Shown piece after piece: positions 35,187 to 47,224 of a DNA stretch of 64,000 nt (positions are counted from its first letter, which is position 1; every line of letters starts with the position of its first letter). The stretch lies in NCBI RefSeq assembly GCF_033153115.1, contig NW_026889783.1, positions 806,001 to 870,000 on the forward strand, given 5' to 3'. The notes beneath the pieces were generated by a model, which saw only the letters and a list, made by a program, of their open reading frames with translations, was not told the origin of the DNA and made no database searches. This stretch comes from Saccostrea echinata. Its lineage: Eukaryota. The position numbers and the translations under genes were made by a program.

Positions 35187-38100
35187 GACACCCCACGGAG
35201 AAAATTTCTGAATACATCGATTTACATCTCCGTCCACACGTAGAGAATTTGCCATCCTATCTCAAGGACACCACGGACTACATTAACAAGACGCCCTCTA
35301 CTGGCCTTCCAGATTATACCCTTCTCGTGACTATGGACGTCACATCTTTGTACACCAATATTCCGCACGATGAGGGTATCGAAGCCTGTAGAGAAGTCTG
35401 GGATAGTAGATCCATACAAATTCCTTCTACCGAGTCCCTTGCCAAGCTCCTTGAACATGTTCTCAAGTATAACAACTTCATGTTTAATGGAGAACATTAC
35501 CTGCAGGTTAATGGCACTGCTATGGGTACGAAAATGGCACCATCTTATGCCAATATTTTCATGGGCAGACTGGAACGCAACTTGCTACTTCAAGCACCAT
35601 TTAGGCCCCTTAGCTGGTTGCGTTTCATTGACGATATAGAGATGAAGTGGGTGGAATGTCGCGAGAGCCTCGAGGCATTCATTTCGTTTGCCAACACCTT
35701 TCATCAGTCTATCAAATTTACAGTAGACGTATCTAATTCGAAAAACATATTCCTAGATACTACATCTACCCTGACTGATGGTGAAATCGAGTTCAGTCTC
35801 CACACGAAACCCACAGATTCCCATCTGTATCTTATGCCAACTAGCTGTCATCCCCCACACACATTCAAGGGTGTGCCTAAGGGTCTAGCCACCAGAATTC
35901 GGCGCATCTGTTCATCCCCTGCCTTATATCAAGAACAAAGCGGTCTCCTTAAGTCCCACTTATGCAAGAGAGGCTACAATGCCCGCACCGTACAAACTGC
36001 TATTGATGAGATGGCGGGACATGACAGGCAAAACCTATTACGCTACAAGGAAAAAGACAATAGCGGCAGGGTCCCTCTGGTAACCACGTACCATCCCGTC
36101 CTTAAGAACCTCAGCGGTATCCTTCAAAGAATCTGCCAATTCTCCACTCAAATAAACGAATGGCAGAGGTCTTAATTTAAGGAGCCCCCATTGGCTGCAT
36201 ACAGACGCCCGAGGAACCTGAAGGACATGGTAGTAAGAACCAGATTGGACAATTCATTACCTAACGGGGGCTTTAAAACTTGCTCTGACAGAAGATGTCT
36301 TCTCTGTAAGTACAGCTCTGACACAGACAGTTTTAACAGCCCCGTTACAGGCCGCAGCTACAAAATACTAGGGAATTTGTCCTGTCAAACAGACAACTGC
36401 ATTTATCTCATCAGTTGCAAAGTTTGCTCCAAACAGTATGTTGGTGAAACAGGAGATCTCCGCAGGAGGGTCAATAATCACCGTTCTACCATTAGGACCA
36501 AAAAACTCAATGAACCCGTTGGGGAACATTTCAACCTTGAAGGTCACAAATGGGAGGACATGACAGTAGTGGTTATTGACTGTTGTGCCTGCATTGCCAA
36601 CTTATATTTTGTTTTAAAAATAAATTTCTTAGTTATTTCTCTACAGAGAACTTAGAATGATTGTTTACATTTCGTGCGGTGGTTAATGGTTGTCCGTTGT
36701 TATGCTGATTTTACAAGTTACTATTGTCTATATGAACTTTAAGAGTGTCCTTAGAATTATCATAATGTTTCTAAAGTCTTACGATATAGTAAAGTAAAAG
36801 AAATTCTCTTGTGAATTATTACCGTAATTTTGTTGGATGCTTACTGGAAATGGCTTTTACACACTAATTGTAGAACCAGTATGGTAGAAAATACGGATCT
36901 CTGGATATGTTGCTACATACGCCGACAAACATGTACGCTTTCTTTACAAAACTTCATAAATAAGACGTCTAGACTAGATTAAAAATTATAGATTAATTAA
37001 TGAGTTTTATAGATGTTTTATTAGTAAATAAAGTAATTCAAGTACATTGAGTAAAGAATAGTTTTGAAGTTTTTACGAATTACATATGACGTAGACGATG
37101 CATCATTGCGTCATGGTATAAAAGACAAGATTCTGAGAGAGCGTTGTCAGAATCCCACCTGGTAGATATAGAGAACTGAACTGCACCTTGCACCTTGAGC
37201 TGAGGTATTATTTTATATAAGTGAGCATTTTAAAGTAAAGATATTTTAAAATAGTTTAATTATAAGTTATAGCGCAGTAAGAAACAATTATCAAGTTTAC
37301 AAGTAATATTGAATATTTAGAAACTTAGATTTATTTCATATTTAAATTAAGCGATATTTAGATTGTCGGTGCACTCGGGGTTCTGACCCTGGGAGACACA
37401 GAAAATTGTCTCTCCCAGTAAATTTATAGTTGTTATTTAAAGTTTGTAATTTGTTGGTAGTTTGAATTCGTATTTTATTCTATTTTAATTGGCAAGTAAA
37501 ACTTAGTCAATTCTTATAGTTCGGTGTGAAGTTGCACCGTTTGACTGAAATTACGACAATGCACCGTACTTGAATTAATTGTGTCTTTTGCATGAATGTA
37601 TATGAGGTGATGGTAAATTTGCATGGCATACTTTTCATTTTAATGACATAGATTAATTTATTCTATAACCAGAAGTTATAGATTTAGGGTGGTGGACTTA
37701 AGTTTGAGCATGTACGGAATTATATGTAGATAGTCGGTGCGCTTGCACCCTACACCGAGTCACTTTGAGAATTTATGTTCGGAGATTAGACCAAGTATAT
37801 TTTGGCAGAAACCTAGCACCTAACACCGAGTAAGGTTAGCACCAGTCCAGTAAAGATGGAACTTAGAACCAATTAGCTTATATCAGTAGCACCTAGCACC
37901 TGAACACCGGACACCTAAAACCAGTTTGCTCCAATATTATCGGTAGCACCTAGCACCTTAAGACGGTAGCACCTTTCACCGAGTATAACGCGCAACTGTA
38001 ACATTTGAATGTGATTATTATTATTGTACATCACACTGTGAACTGGAACGTTATATAAAAATCTGTATATTAATTGAACTATTTATTAATTTAATAAATG

Positions 38101-38393
38101 TATTTTAATTGATTACACTTGTTCCATTTAAATTTACTTGATTGTACAGGTACCTTCGAACCCATTATTGTAACGTGCCTCATAGGTACCTACTAGTTAA
38201 ATCTACACGTTACTACTGGTGGCAGCGAACTTATATATACTTTAAAAAAACCGAAACGTTACATGACCATGATCCAAGATGGACAGACGCGCAGAGAAAA
38301 GGCAAGGAAAAGTTCTGGATGCACAGGCTGAAGTCATTCCGCCCTAATGGTATTAACAAACTTAATGACTTCACCAGGATGAACGTGAACTAG
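35187..38393 (+). pseudogene. Penelope reverse transcriptase + GIY-YIG endonuclease (frameshifted, LTR-interrupted)
   Basis: [52 protein letters not shown] and EKFWMHRLKSFRPNGIN. Frameshifts lie at about 36128-36177 and an insertion at 36581-38263. Confidence 0.92.
36581..38263 (+). mobile_element. Probable solo LTR (Ty3/Gypsy-like), 1683 bp
   Basis: TGT...ACA termini and a 4-bp TSD TGAC (36577-36580, 38264-38267). Removing it restores VVVID-HDPRW. It has a TATA-like TATAAAA near 37118 and no internal coding sequence. Confidence 0.85.
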
Positions 38394-38875
38394 ACCCAAT
38401 CCCGGATTGTAACAAACAAGTTCATTCTCTCTATATAGTGTAAACTTTACCGTTAATTCGTATTAGTAATCCTGGAACAACCTACCCAAATATTTACAGC
38501 TCACATTTTTGTTTATTTCTTTTTTCCGATTTCCAAATTTATAATATATCCAAATTCATATTTCAAAATTGTCCTTCAATATTATCTTTCTTTAATTTCT
38601 TTTTATCATGTAGAGTTACGCTATTTTCAGAGAATAAGACAATGTACGATTTACTGTTGGCCGTAATTAATTAGCGATAATTAATTCGTTCAATTATGTA
38701 AATCACACTTCACCAGACTACACCCGATAGACCGGACGCAATTCATAGCGCTCCGGATTTCTTTGTTCACAACTGTTTATAAACTCCAAATTAAACATGT
38801 AACATTGTAAATATTTAGTGTTTGGTAGTTTAGTAGTAGTGCTAGTTGTTTTTGCTTCTCTATTTCCTTTTTTCT

Positions 38876-38916
38876 TTGTCCTGAGGAAGGGACAGGTTGT
38901 CCCGAAAATTTGACAA
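38876..38916 (+). ncRNA. Minimal type I hammerhead ribozyme
   Basis: Stem I TTGTC/GACAA, core CTGAGGA, stem II GGGAC-AGGTT-GTCCC, then GAA, palindromic AATT (stem III) and T; located in the Penelope pseudo-LTR. Confidence 0.8.
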
Positions 38917-39016
38917 TTATTATTGTTCGTGTCGTTGGTCATTTTTAGTGCTTTATATAAATTTCCATCCGTGACCTTGTATCTACTTAGTAGATCCGAC
39001 ACTTAGGATATACAGT

Positions 39017-39152
39017 NNNNNNNNNNNNNNNNNNNNNNNNNNNNNNNNNNNNNNNNNNNNNNNNNNNNNNNNNNNNNNNNNNNNNNNNNNNNNNNNNNNN
39101 NNNNNNNNNNNNNNNNNNNNNNNNNNNNNNNNNNNNNNNNNNNNNNNNNNNN
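39017..39152. other. Assembly gap (136 N)
   Basis: Run of N. Confidence 1.
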
Positions 39153-39974
39153 TGTATATATTAATGTTAGCCTCAAAAACAATATTAACATTGTTAATAT
39201 AAGGTGTACATTAATTCCCTCTTCCCTTTCCTTGAACTCTTTCCCTGCCAACTCTTATTTCCTTGCCCTATATCCATCACTTAACATTTTAACATAATAA
39301 AAGTTTGAACTTTTTATGTTCAAACAAACGAAGTCGAAATAACCTGACTCCATGTTTATGTTCAGTAAACCTTATTTCCGAGCTTCTCAAATCAAGGATG
39401 AAATGCTTGTGAAACAAGGAAATGGGAAGAGAAAAACCGCTGAAACTGTCATCGGACTGCAAATTTTGTCAAGGTCAAATCAAAGCCATTTGTTTGAACC
39501 TTATGTCACAAAAAAGCTATGAAATTTTGAAGTTTAATCGCCAGTATCAGGGGCGGATCCAGGAATTGAGATTGGGGAGAGGTTGAATTTTGTTTTTAGA
39601 GGTAGGGGGTCTGGGGCTGCCTTAAGCTCCTGGGTTTTAGTGATTCTATAAATTAAATTTAAATACCTATAAATTAGCCTTCATAGGTGTAGTTACACCC
39701 TTCCTACAAAAACAAAAACATCTTAGTATCAATGATCAAATTATGCAAAATTTCTCATCATCTTAATTGTCAAACTTATCTGCTCATTATTGAGCTGTGA
39801 TTTGATCCCATCTACTTATAGTTTTGTATGTAAGTCATCCCTGTCTTTCATCATGTCACACACAGGCTCTTTCACCATGCCCCTTTTCATCTTGTGTCAT
39901 GACACCTTTTGACTTAATGCATGTCTTCTCAAATTTGCAGTATTCAATATTAGCTAATAATGCATGATTTCTGA

Positions 39975-40038
39975 CATCCTCGCAAGCCAGGGGTCCTGAG
40001 TCAACACGTTGACTCAGGACCTCTGGCTTGCGAGGATG
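39975..40038. repeat. 64-bp near-perfect palindrome (tiny MITE-like)
   Basis: CATCCTCGCAAGCCAGGGGTCCTGAGTCAAC-AC-GTTGACTCAGGACCTCTGGCTTGCGAGGATG. Confidence 0.85.
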
Positions 40039-40149
40039 GATTTCTGAATCAGAATGACTTTCCTGTGCAAAAGACGAAGACAAGAAATATAATACATGAA
40101 ATATGGAGATAAAGAATAGTAATCAAGCTCAAAGTCCATTGAACCAATA

Positions 40150-40262
40150 CAAACCGGGAGCAGAGCAAACACAGACCTCTAAAAAAACATCAGAGGTGGG
40201 ATCAGGTGCCATAGAGGAGTAAGCATCGCCTGTCGACCAGTCACACCTGCCGTATGCTCATT
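40150..40262 (-). mobile_element. 3' fragment of a Penelope-related dispersed repeat
   Basis: The reverse complement matches the GGTGTGACCGGTCGAC...CTCCT...GGCACCTGAT.CCACCT segment at 44820-44880. Confidence 0.55.
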
Positions 40263-41719
40263 TTCATGAAAATACATCACGTAAATCATTTTCCGTATCT
40301 TTACATTTTATCTAGCTATGAAACTTTCGTATACAAAAAGATAAAATTATAATGAGTATCATTTTAGTCGGACATTTCAATACTTACTTTAATCTTAATT
40401 ATAATATCTTAAAATGTAAAACATTCAAACTAAACTCTTTCTGATGTACATGTTTACAATTAGCTGCATTACTCGATGAAAAAATAGAGGGTTAAATTAG
40501 AGATACAATGCAATATGTCCTCCACTTTTGGACTAGTTCTCCTAAAACGGCCTGTTTCACAGTATTTAATGCCAAAACTGATGTTGTCACTTTACTTTCC
40601 CCAATATTCTTCATATTGCCATCATCAGCAATGGAAGAGAAAGTGCATTTTTAATTCGCCTACCTGTACATTGTACCATCTAGGCGTTAACCGTGCCCCA
40701 CACGCCCCCTCCATCCAGTGTGTATCTATGCTTTAAAAAATCATATTTTAAATAGAAGAAATATCTTTGAGACAATTATCCTTATGATTCGTATTGATCA
40801 AGAAAATTACTCCTGTCTTAAACTTAAGAAATGATATGGGGAATTATATTTAACCCAATTTGTTACTTATTTTCCACTAGAATCTAAAGACGTACCCTAT
40901 TGATTTTGAAATCTAATACGCGGATCTAGAGGGGGAGGGATCTCCTGATCCCCTGAAATTAGTGGAGACCCCCCCCCTCCCCGCACGAAATTGGTTTTTC
41001 ACGTTTGGGAATGGAGTTTCCCTTGTGTCTCATATTTCTAGCTGTTTCCCTATATCCGCGCCTTGATCAAAAAGTCACTGGATCTCAAGGTCAGAAATTC
41101 ATATATTTCGGGATGATAACTTAGTTCATTTTGAGTGTTTGCAATGAAACTGTATATCATAATTTCCTACGATTTCAAAAAGACCATCAGTATTGTTTTA
41201 AAATATTACATATGCTGTTATTGTCACAATCCCAAAATCCACTGTAGAGCCATGCAAGAGTCGAAAGCGCTATGAAACTACAAGTAGTTTGCAGTAATAT
41301 TTTCAGTACAGTATACATGTAACTGATTGTACACTTCTCTGTCTTTTCTTTTTATTATGCTTAAATGTGATTGTATGCCAAAATGTCCGATGAAATCAAT
41401 GAATAAATAAAACTTAATTTACTAATAATTTGCTAAATTTATGAGCAGTGATTCACTTAGCACGGGTGTAATTTGTTATAGTCATGTTTATATTTAAATT
41501 ATTTCAAATGTTTAAATGCCTCCCCCCCCCCTCCCCCCAATAAGAGCTTGTGAATTAACAAGCATTGGAAATCTACTCCCATCCCAACCACCACCACCAC
41601 CACCTTCTTTTAGCTCGACAAATAAAAAGTTGAAGACCACATCCCGTCTTGGGGAGAACAGAACTGAACTGGAGAACGCAGCCTCAATTTCCACTGTAGG
41701 TTAGTCGGTTACATACTGA

Positions 41720-42780
41720 ACCAGAAGTCTCTGACGAGACTGTAGCTCTACTGGTTGTATTTATAAAGGAAGATAAAAGTAGCACTTTGACTTGAAACTT
41801 TGCAACAGCAATAAACAGAATAATGATCCTTGGTTTAGTCTCTTTTGTGGCAAGATTTATTATTATATCAGACTAAAACTGTAGGAGGAGTAGCCTTTTA
41901 AAACAATTTTACAGAAATTTTGATTTAAGTAACCATGGCAACATCATTCAACAAAATCAAAAAACAATAACACCAATTATGTATCTCTGTAGTCTACTTG
42001 TATGCCACATTATACTGAAATCAGACAAAAAGTGTAGGAGGAGTAGCGTTTTGAAAGTATTTCAAGAAAATTTCTACTTTTAGTAACCATGGCAACACCG
42101 TTCATTGAAATCCAAAACTGGTATAAAGAATTATGTATCTTAGTGTAGTCTAATTGTGTGCTAAGTTATACTAAAATTAGACCAAAACTGTAGGAGGAGT
42201 AGCATTTTGAAGGTATTTCAAGGAAATTTCTATTTTTAGTAACCATGGCAACAATGTTCATCGAAATCAGAAAATCAATATAAAGAATTATGTATCTTAG
42301 TGTAGTCTAAAAGTTTGCCAAGTTATACTGAAATCAGACCAAAACTGTAAGAGGAGTAGCATTTTGAAAGTATTTCACAGAAATTTCCATTTTTAGTAAC
42401 CATGGCAACACCGTTCATTGAAATCAAAAACCGATACACAGAATTATGTATCTTAGTATAGTCTACTTGCGTGCCAAGTTATATTGAAATCAGATCAAAA
42501 CTGTAGGAGGAGTAGCATTTTGAATGTTTTTCACAGAAATTTCTATTTTTAGTAACCATGGCAACACCGTTCATTGAAATCAAAAACCGATACACAGAAT
42601 TATGTATCTTAGTGTAGTCTACTTGTGTGCCAAGTTATACTGAAATCAGACCAAAACTGTAGGAGGAGTAGCATTTTGAAAAAATTGTTTACAGACGGAC
42701 GGACAGACAGACAGACGGACGGACGACGGACACCTTACTATCGCATAAGCTCTTCTGGTCTCTGACCAGCAGAGCTAAAA
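41720..42780 (-). mobile_element. HINE-like element with a ~157-bp tandem core (~5-6 units)
   Basis: Repeats of AAACTGTAGGAGGAGTAGC...GTAACCATGGCAAC, a GACG/GACA microsatellite, and a terminal stem-loop ending AGAGCTAAAA. Confidence 0.8.
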
Positions 42781-44469
42781 ATCAACAAATAATCGAGCTG
42801 AACTTCACACGCCACATGATCCACCCCAACGTCTATAAATAAGCTTAATCCGTTATATTTCTTCCTTGACTGGCAATTTTAGCAGGACCACTGCCCGATA
42901 CGTTGTCGATTAACGTGAATACAACTGTATTTCTGTTTGTTTGAGGTCGATGCAGGGACATGCTGGCAACTCTTCTGCGAAGAAAGAAACTGCAGAGGTT
43001 TGTAATTACTATATCGTACAGTATCTTGGCTATTAATTTCTTCCCTAGTAAGATTTGCATGACTGAATCTTCTGACACGAGGCCAGTAAGGTTTATTGTT
43101 GTAAACAAACGAAGAATGCTGAGAGAATGTCCGGTGTGATCATTTTACCATGCATATAAATCTCTGGGATTATTGATTTCTTTTGTGATAGTTTCGCTTC
43201 AGCAGTGTATGACTTGCCTTATTCATTTAAAGCACTGGATTTAAACATTGGCTGTATATGTACATGTATGTATATCAGTATTCTTCTTAATAACAAGAGG
43301 GGGGAAACTTCCAGATATTTTCCCTCTAGGCTTTAGATATCATCTAGATTACTCCTCGCTTGCTACAGCTTTACAAAAGAGCATAAGCCAAATTAATATT
43401 TGATCGCAATTACACGAAAATTGAAACCCTATTTCGTTTTATTTGCAGGAGAGAGGCTCGTATAACATGTTCGACATTAGCAGTTTCACCTGCCTAGATT
43501 TAACTCAGGTAAAAATAATTTATATGTCTTAAATACAAAATTGTATGTCATTTAATTGTTAGTAGGAAAACACAGATAAAGGTAGCAGTAAGCCCTTTGT
43601 TTTATCAATGTTCTTTACACTGGTATATTTGACACGTATTGTGGGTTTACGCCGGGGGATAGGTTAATGAAAGTTATCAATAATCTCGGCGTGACAGTGT
43701 CGGCTACGAAAATATTCCGTTTAAGAAGAAGAATTTATAGCCCTCTGTATTCTGGTATTTTAAAATGAAAGCTCTTAATATTTAAATGCAGTGAACCATT
43801 TCTACTATAGTGACTATGTCAATAACTCTTTATAACATTTATAATACTTGTAAGAGTAAATGTTTACATTTTTAAAAACTATTTTTAAAGCAGATATTTT
43901 GTATCATTTTATAGTCATTACCTTGACTACGAGACTACGAGTTTGACAGTACATACTCTTGTATAACCCAAGCAAGGAAATAATGACAACTGAACTCAAG
44001 GACCATGAACTAATTCACTTTTTCTTCAGTATGTTGTCTTTTAATATACGAGTGGCTATTGAAGAGATGAGGAAATTGTTCAAAATATATAGGGTGTTAA
44101 ACATTTTTGCATGGAACGTCTCAAAACTTAAAAAGAGAATCTATGTTTACAATAGAAAGTACTGAAAAAAAAATATAAAGCTTTTATCTTTAATTCTAAA
44201 TCAAAAATCTGACGTACAAGTTTAGTCCATTCTTTAATTTTATATATACAACATAATGATCATCGAAATCATGCAAGTAAAAAAAAGAACATTTTTTTAG
44301 GGGGGGGGGGGGGCAAATTAAACTTTGTATTAAGAGGTACATGTAGGAGTGTAAAATGATTATAACAAACTTTTCGCAAATATTTTTATGTCTAAGCTAG
44401 AAATTCCATCTAAGATACTGAATTACTATATTTGCAAGACAGTGCTTTATGGATTGGTAATTAGTAGCA

Positions 44470-44965
44470 TCTAACTTTCCTTATTTTATATGTTGTAATA
44501 TTCCACTATCACCTGCATATGGTGTTTATATCTCCCAACTTATTCGATACGCAAGAGCATGCTCTGAGTACGATCAATTTTCAAACCGAGACAGGGTACT
44601 GACAGATAAGTTGATGTTGCAGAGATTTCAAAAACCTCTTTAGTCAGCATTTCGAAAATTCTGTTATATAATAGTCTATATAGTGACTTGTTTGCAAATA
44701 CAACTTTGATTGAGTCGTATTTTGACTGTTATGTTTCATACTAATTGTTAGGCCATTGTTTTTATACTATATTTGTCTACGGATTATTTTGTCTACCTAA
44801 GCAATACAAAGGACTCATGGCGGGTGTGACCGGTCGACTGAGGATTCTCACTCCTCCTAGGCACCTGATTCCACCTGTGGAATTTCCAGGCGGTCCGTAT
44901 TTACGCTCTGTGTACAAATTTATCGTTTGTAGGTGTTTGAGATCGATCACTGTTCGTTATCTTCA
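44470..44965 (+). mobile_element. Degenerate Penelope-related retroelement fragment
   Basis: Translates as NIPLSPAYGVYISQLIRYARACSEYDQF, a PLE-type RT C-terminal region, followed by the same 3' segment seen at 40150. Confidence 0.65.
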
Positions 44966-47224
44966 CTCAAGACCTGTGGGGCAAGAAAATACAAAATTTA
45001 GGTGAAAGCTTTCTTTATAAGTGTAAATTTAAAGAATTAACGAGGGCACATTTGATTAGGATTCTATAGGAATCTAGATGCACTTGAAATGTGAAATTTT
45101 CATCGATCTGTCACATGATTTTAGCATTCTATTGATATGTAGAGTTTCCGTTATTTAGGAAAGGAAAATATTTCCCTGAAATTGTGTTTTGATTTGCTAA
45201 AATATTTAATGAAGTATGACTGTACGGGTCTTTTGGTACAATTTTTAGATACGTTTTTTCTATTAATTTACTATGCCTGGAGTCGCCTGTCCACGATTTT
45301 AAAACTTTTTGTGTGCCTTTTAACGAAACGAGCAATGAAGAGAAGACCCAGACCCCCCCCCCCCCCGAACTTTATAAAAAAAAAATCGCATTGTGTAAAC
45401 GTCCTGCTTCATTGTCGTTTTAAGATCCAGTATTAGTGTGATGCGACGATAGCAGAGTGGTATAGTTTCCTCTCCATGATTCGATAATTTTTGGTTCGAT
45501 CATCGCATGGAGCATTTATTTATTATTTTGTTTAAACAAGCACTCAAGTCATTTGTCAGTTTTTTTTTTATTTATTGAATCAATGACATTTAAGATAAAG
45601 TAAAAAAATTATTGTGTTGCATCGAGAGCCAAAGCAAATCTTTCACCTACTGGAATTTTTAGACATTTGCATGTAACTACACCCCATTGTCTCACAGCTG
45701 CTTGCAAATTAGGTGAAGTGATACTGTGAACGGTTATAATAATTACTGATTTTTGAAAAGATAATTTAATTTAACATTTTTATATGTGTAACTTTAAGTC
45801 TGTACATCTGTGGTCAGTCGACCAAATCGTCTACTCTACTTCACTGGACATTAACACTGTGAATGATTCGTACACACGATTCTTGCAGATTACACTCCAA
45901 ATACGCTCATCTTCTTTCAAATTAAGGTCTCCAGTACTACGAGGCTGTCGAAGTTTCATAAGTGGAATATATGGATAAATCTTCATATCTAGCTTGTATA
46001 GAGCAGAAACACTCAGTCATATTACTCTTATGTCATGTAGTGTAGATTGTAGTGTAGTGTTGATAAAAGTTTTATTTCAAGTCAACATCAGAAGATTGTA
46101 GTGTAGAGTAGATAAAAGTTTTAATTGTGACCACACTTTTCAAGTCAGCATCAGAAGATGTAGACGAGTATACTATTTCATGTTGCTCCATTTTAAAATT
46201 TCAGAGAAACACACAAAATATAGAGTTTCACATTGCTAATTAGTCTACGTGCTATATCTGATTTTGAACTGAATAGCCAATTTTTCAATTATGACATGTA
46301 TTTATTTATTTTATATATTTTTGGTATGAGAGAATTATAAATTCATGTCAAAATAAATTCTTCGTAAATACATGTATTGGTATATCTAACTGCCATTGTT
46401 GGTTCTTTCAGAAAGTGGAAGACTAAGAAAACTGAAGTAAATCAAGCTTTAAGTTATGATTTAAATCCTCTTTGAAATCATCTAACAAATTTTGAAACCC
46501 AATACACTTTCTTTGTCAGACCTCAATTTATTTATATATAGTTCTATATCAATTAAAGAAGTGGTTAAAGTCCGTAGCTTTGTATTTCCATAAAGAAAAA
46601 AAAACTTCTTCTTAGTCAAGGTTATGGTAATTTTGTTGGTAAAAAAAATTTAAAACATCTAATTTATTTCGGCAAAAATCGCAGTGCAACAACGTCGGTA
46701 ACTTTCCCCTAAATTTAGAGTCAAAATGACAACAGTTTACCGAAATAATTTGGTTGTCAATACATTTTGAAACGTTTCTGTGACAAAGATGCGAGGTTGT
46801 TCAGTAACTTTATCCTGTCGTAAGGGTTTCATGTAAGGTCATTTGAGGCTATTAATAACTACATGTATTTATGCAACGTATGTTTATTTATTATATATTA
46901 GTATAATGCACTGTGTCTGAATATATTTCGAAAGAGATATTTTTAATATATATTTTTTAAAATTCATTAATATTTATGTTAAACCAGATATGTCAGATTA
47001 TACAAAGTTGGGGACAATACGACTTTCAGTTTTGTCGCATTTCCCCCAAACATCTAGTTTAATTGAATTATATATAGTGAAACCATTTCAACATAGGTCC
47101 AAAAACGTTTCCGTATAATCTTCACCTTGGTTTATAATACTTATGTCATAAATGTCCTGTTTTCTTTTCAGATAAAGAAGAAATGAGGTGAACTTATCGC
47201 AGACAGTTCCTCGGACAGTTTACA

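Larger units (their letters stand above)
34838..38952 (+). mobile_element. Penelope-like retroelement, 5'-truncated, with inverted pseudo-LTRs
   Basis: Arms 34838-35186 and 38621-38952 are near-identical inverted copies that enclose RT and GIY-YIG coding sequence. Confidence 0.93.

Noticed and set aside
39003-39251. 82-aa ORF
   Set aside because: It spans the N gap and is an artefact.
45440-45515. tRNA-like sequence
   Set aside because: Only weak A/B-box traces and no cloverleaf.
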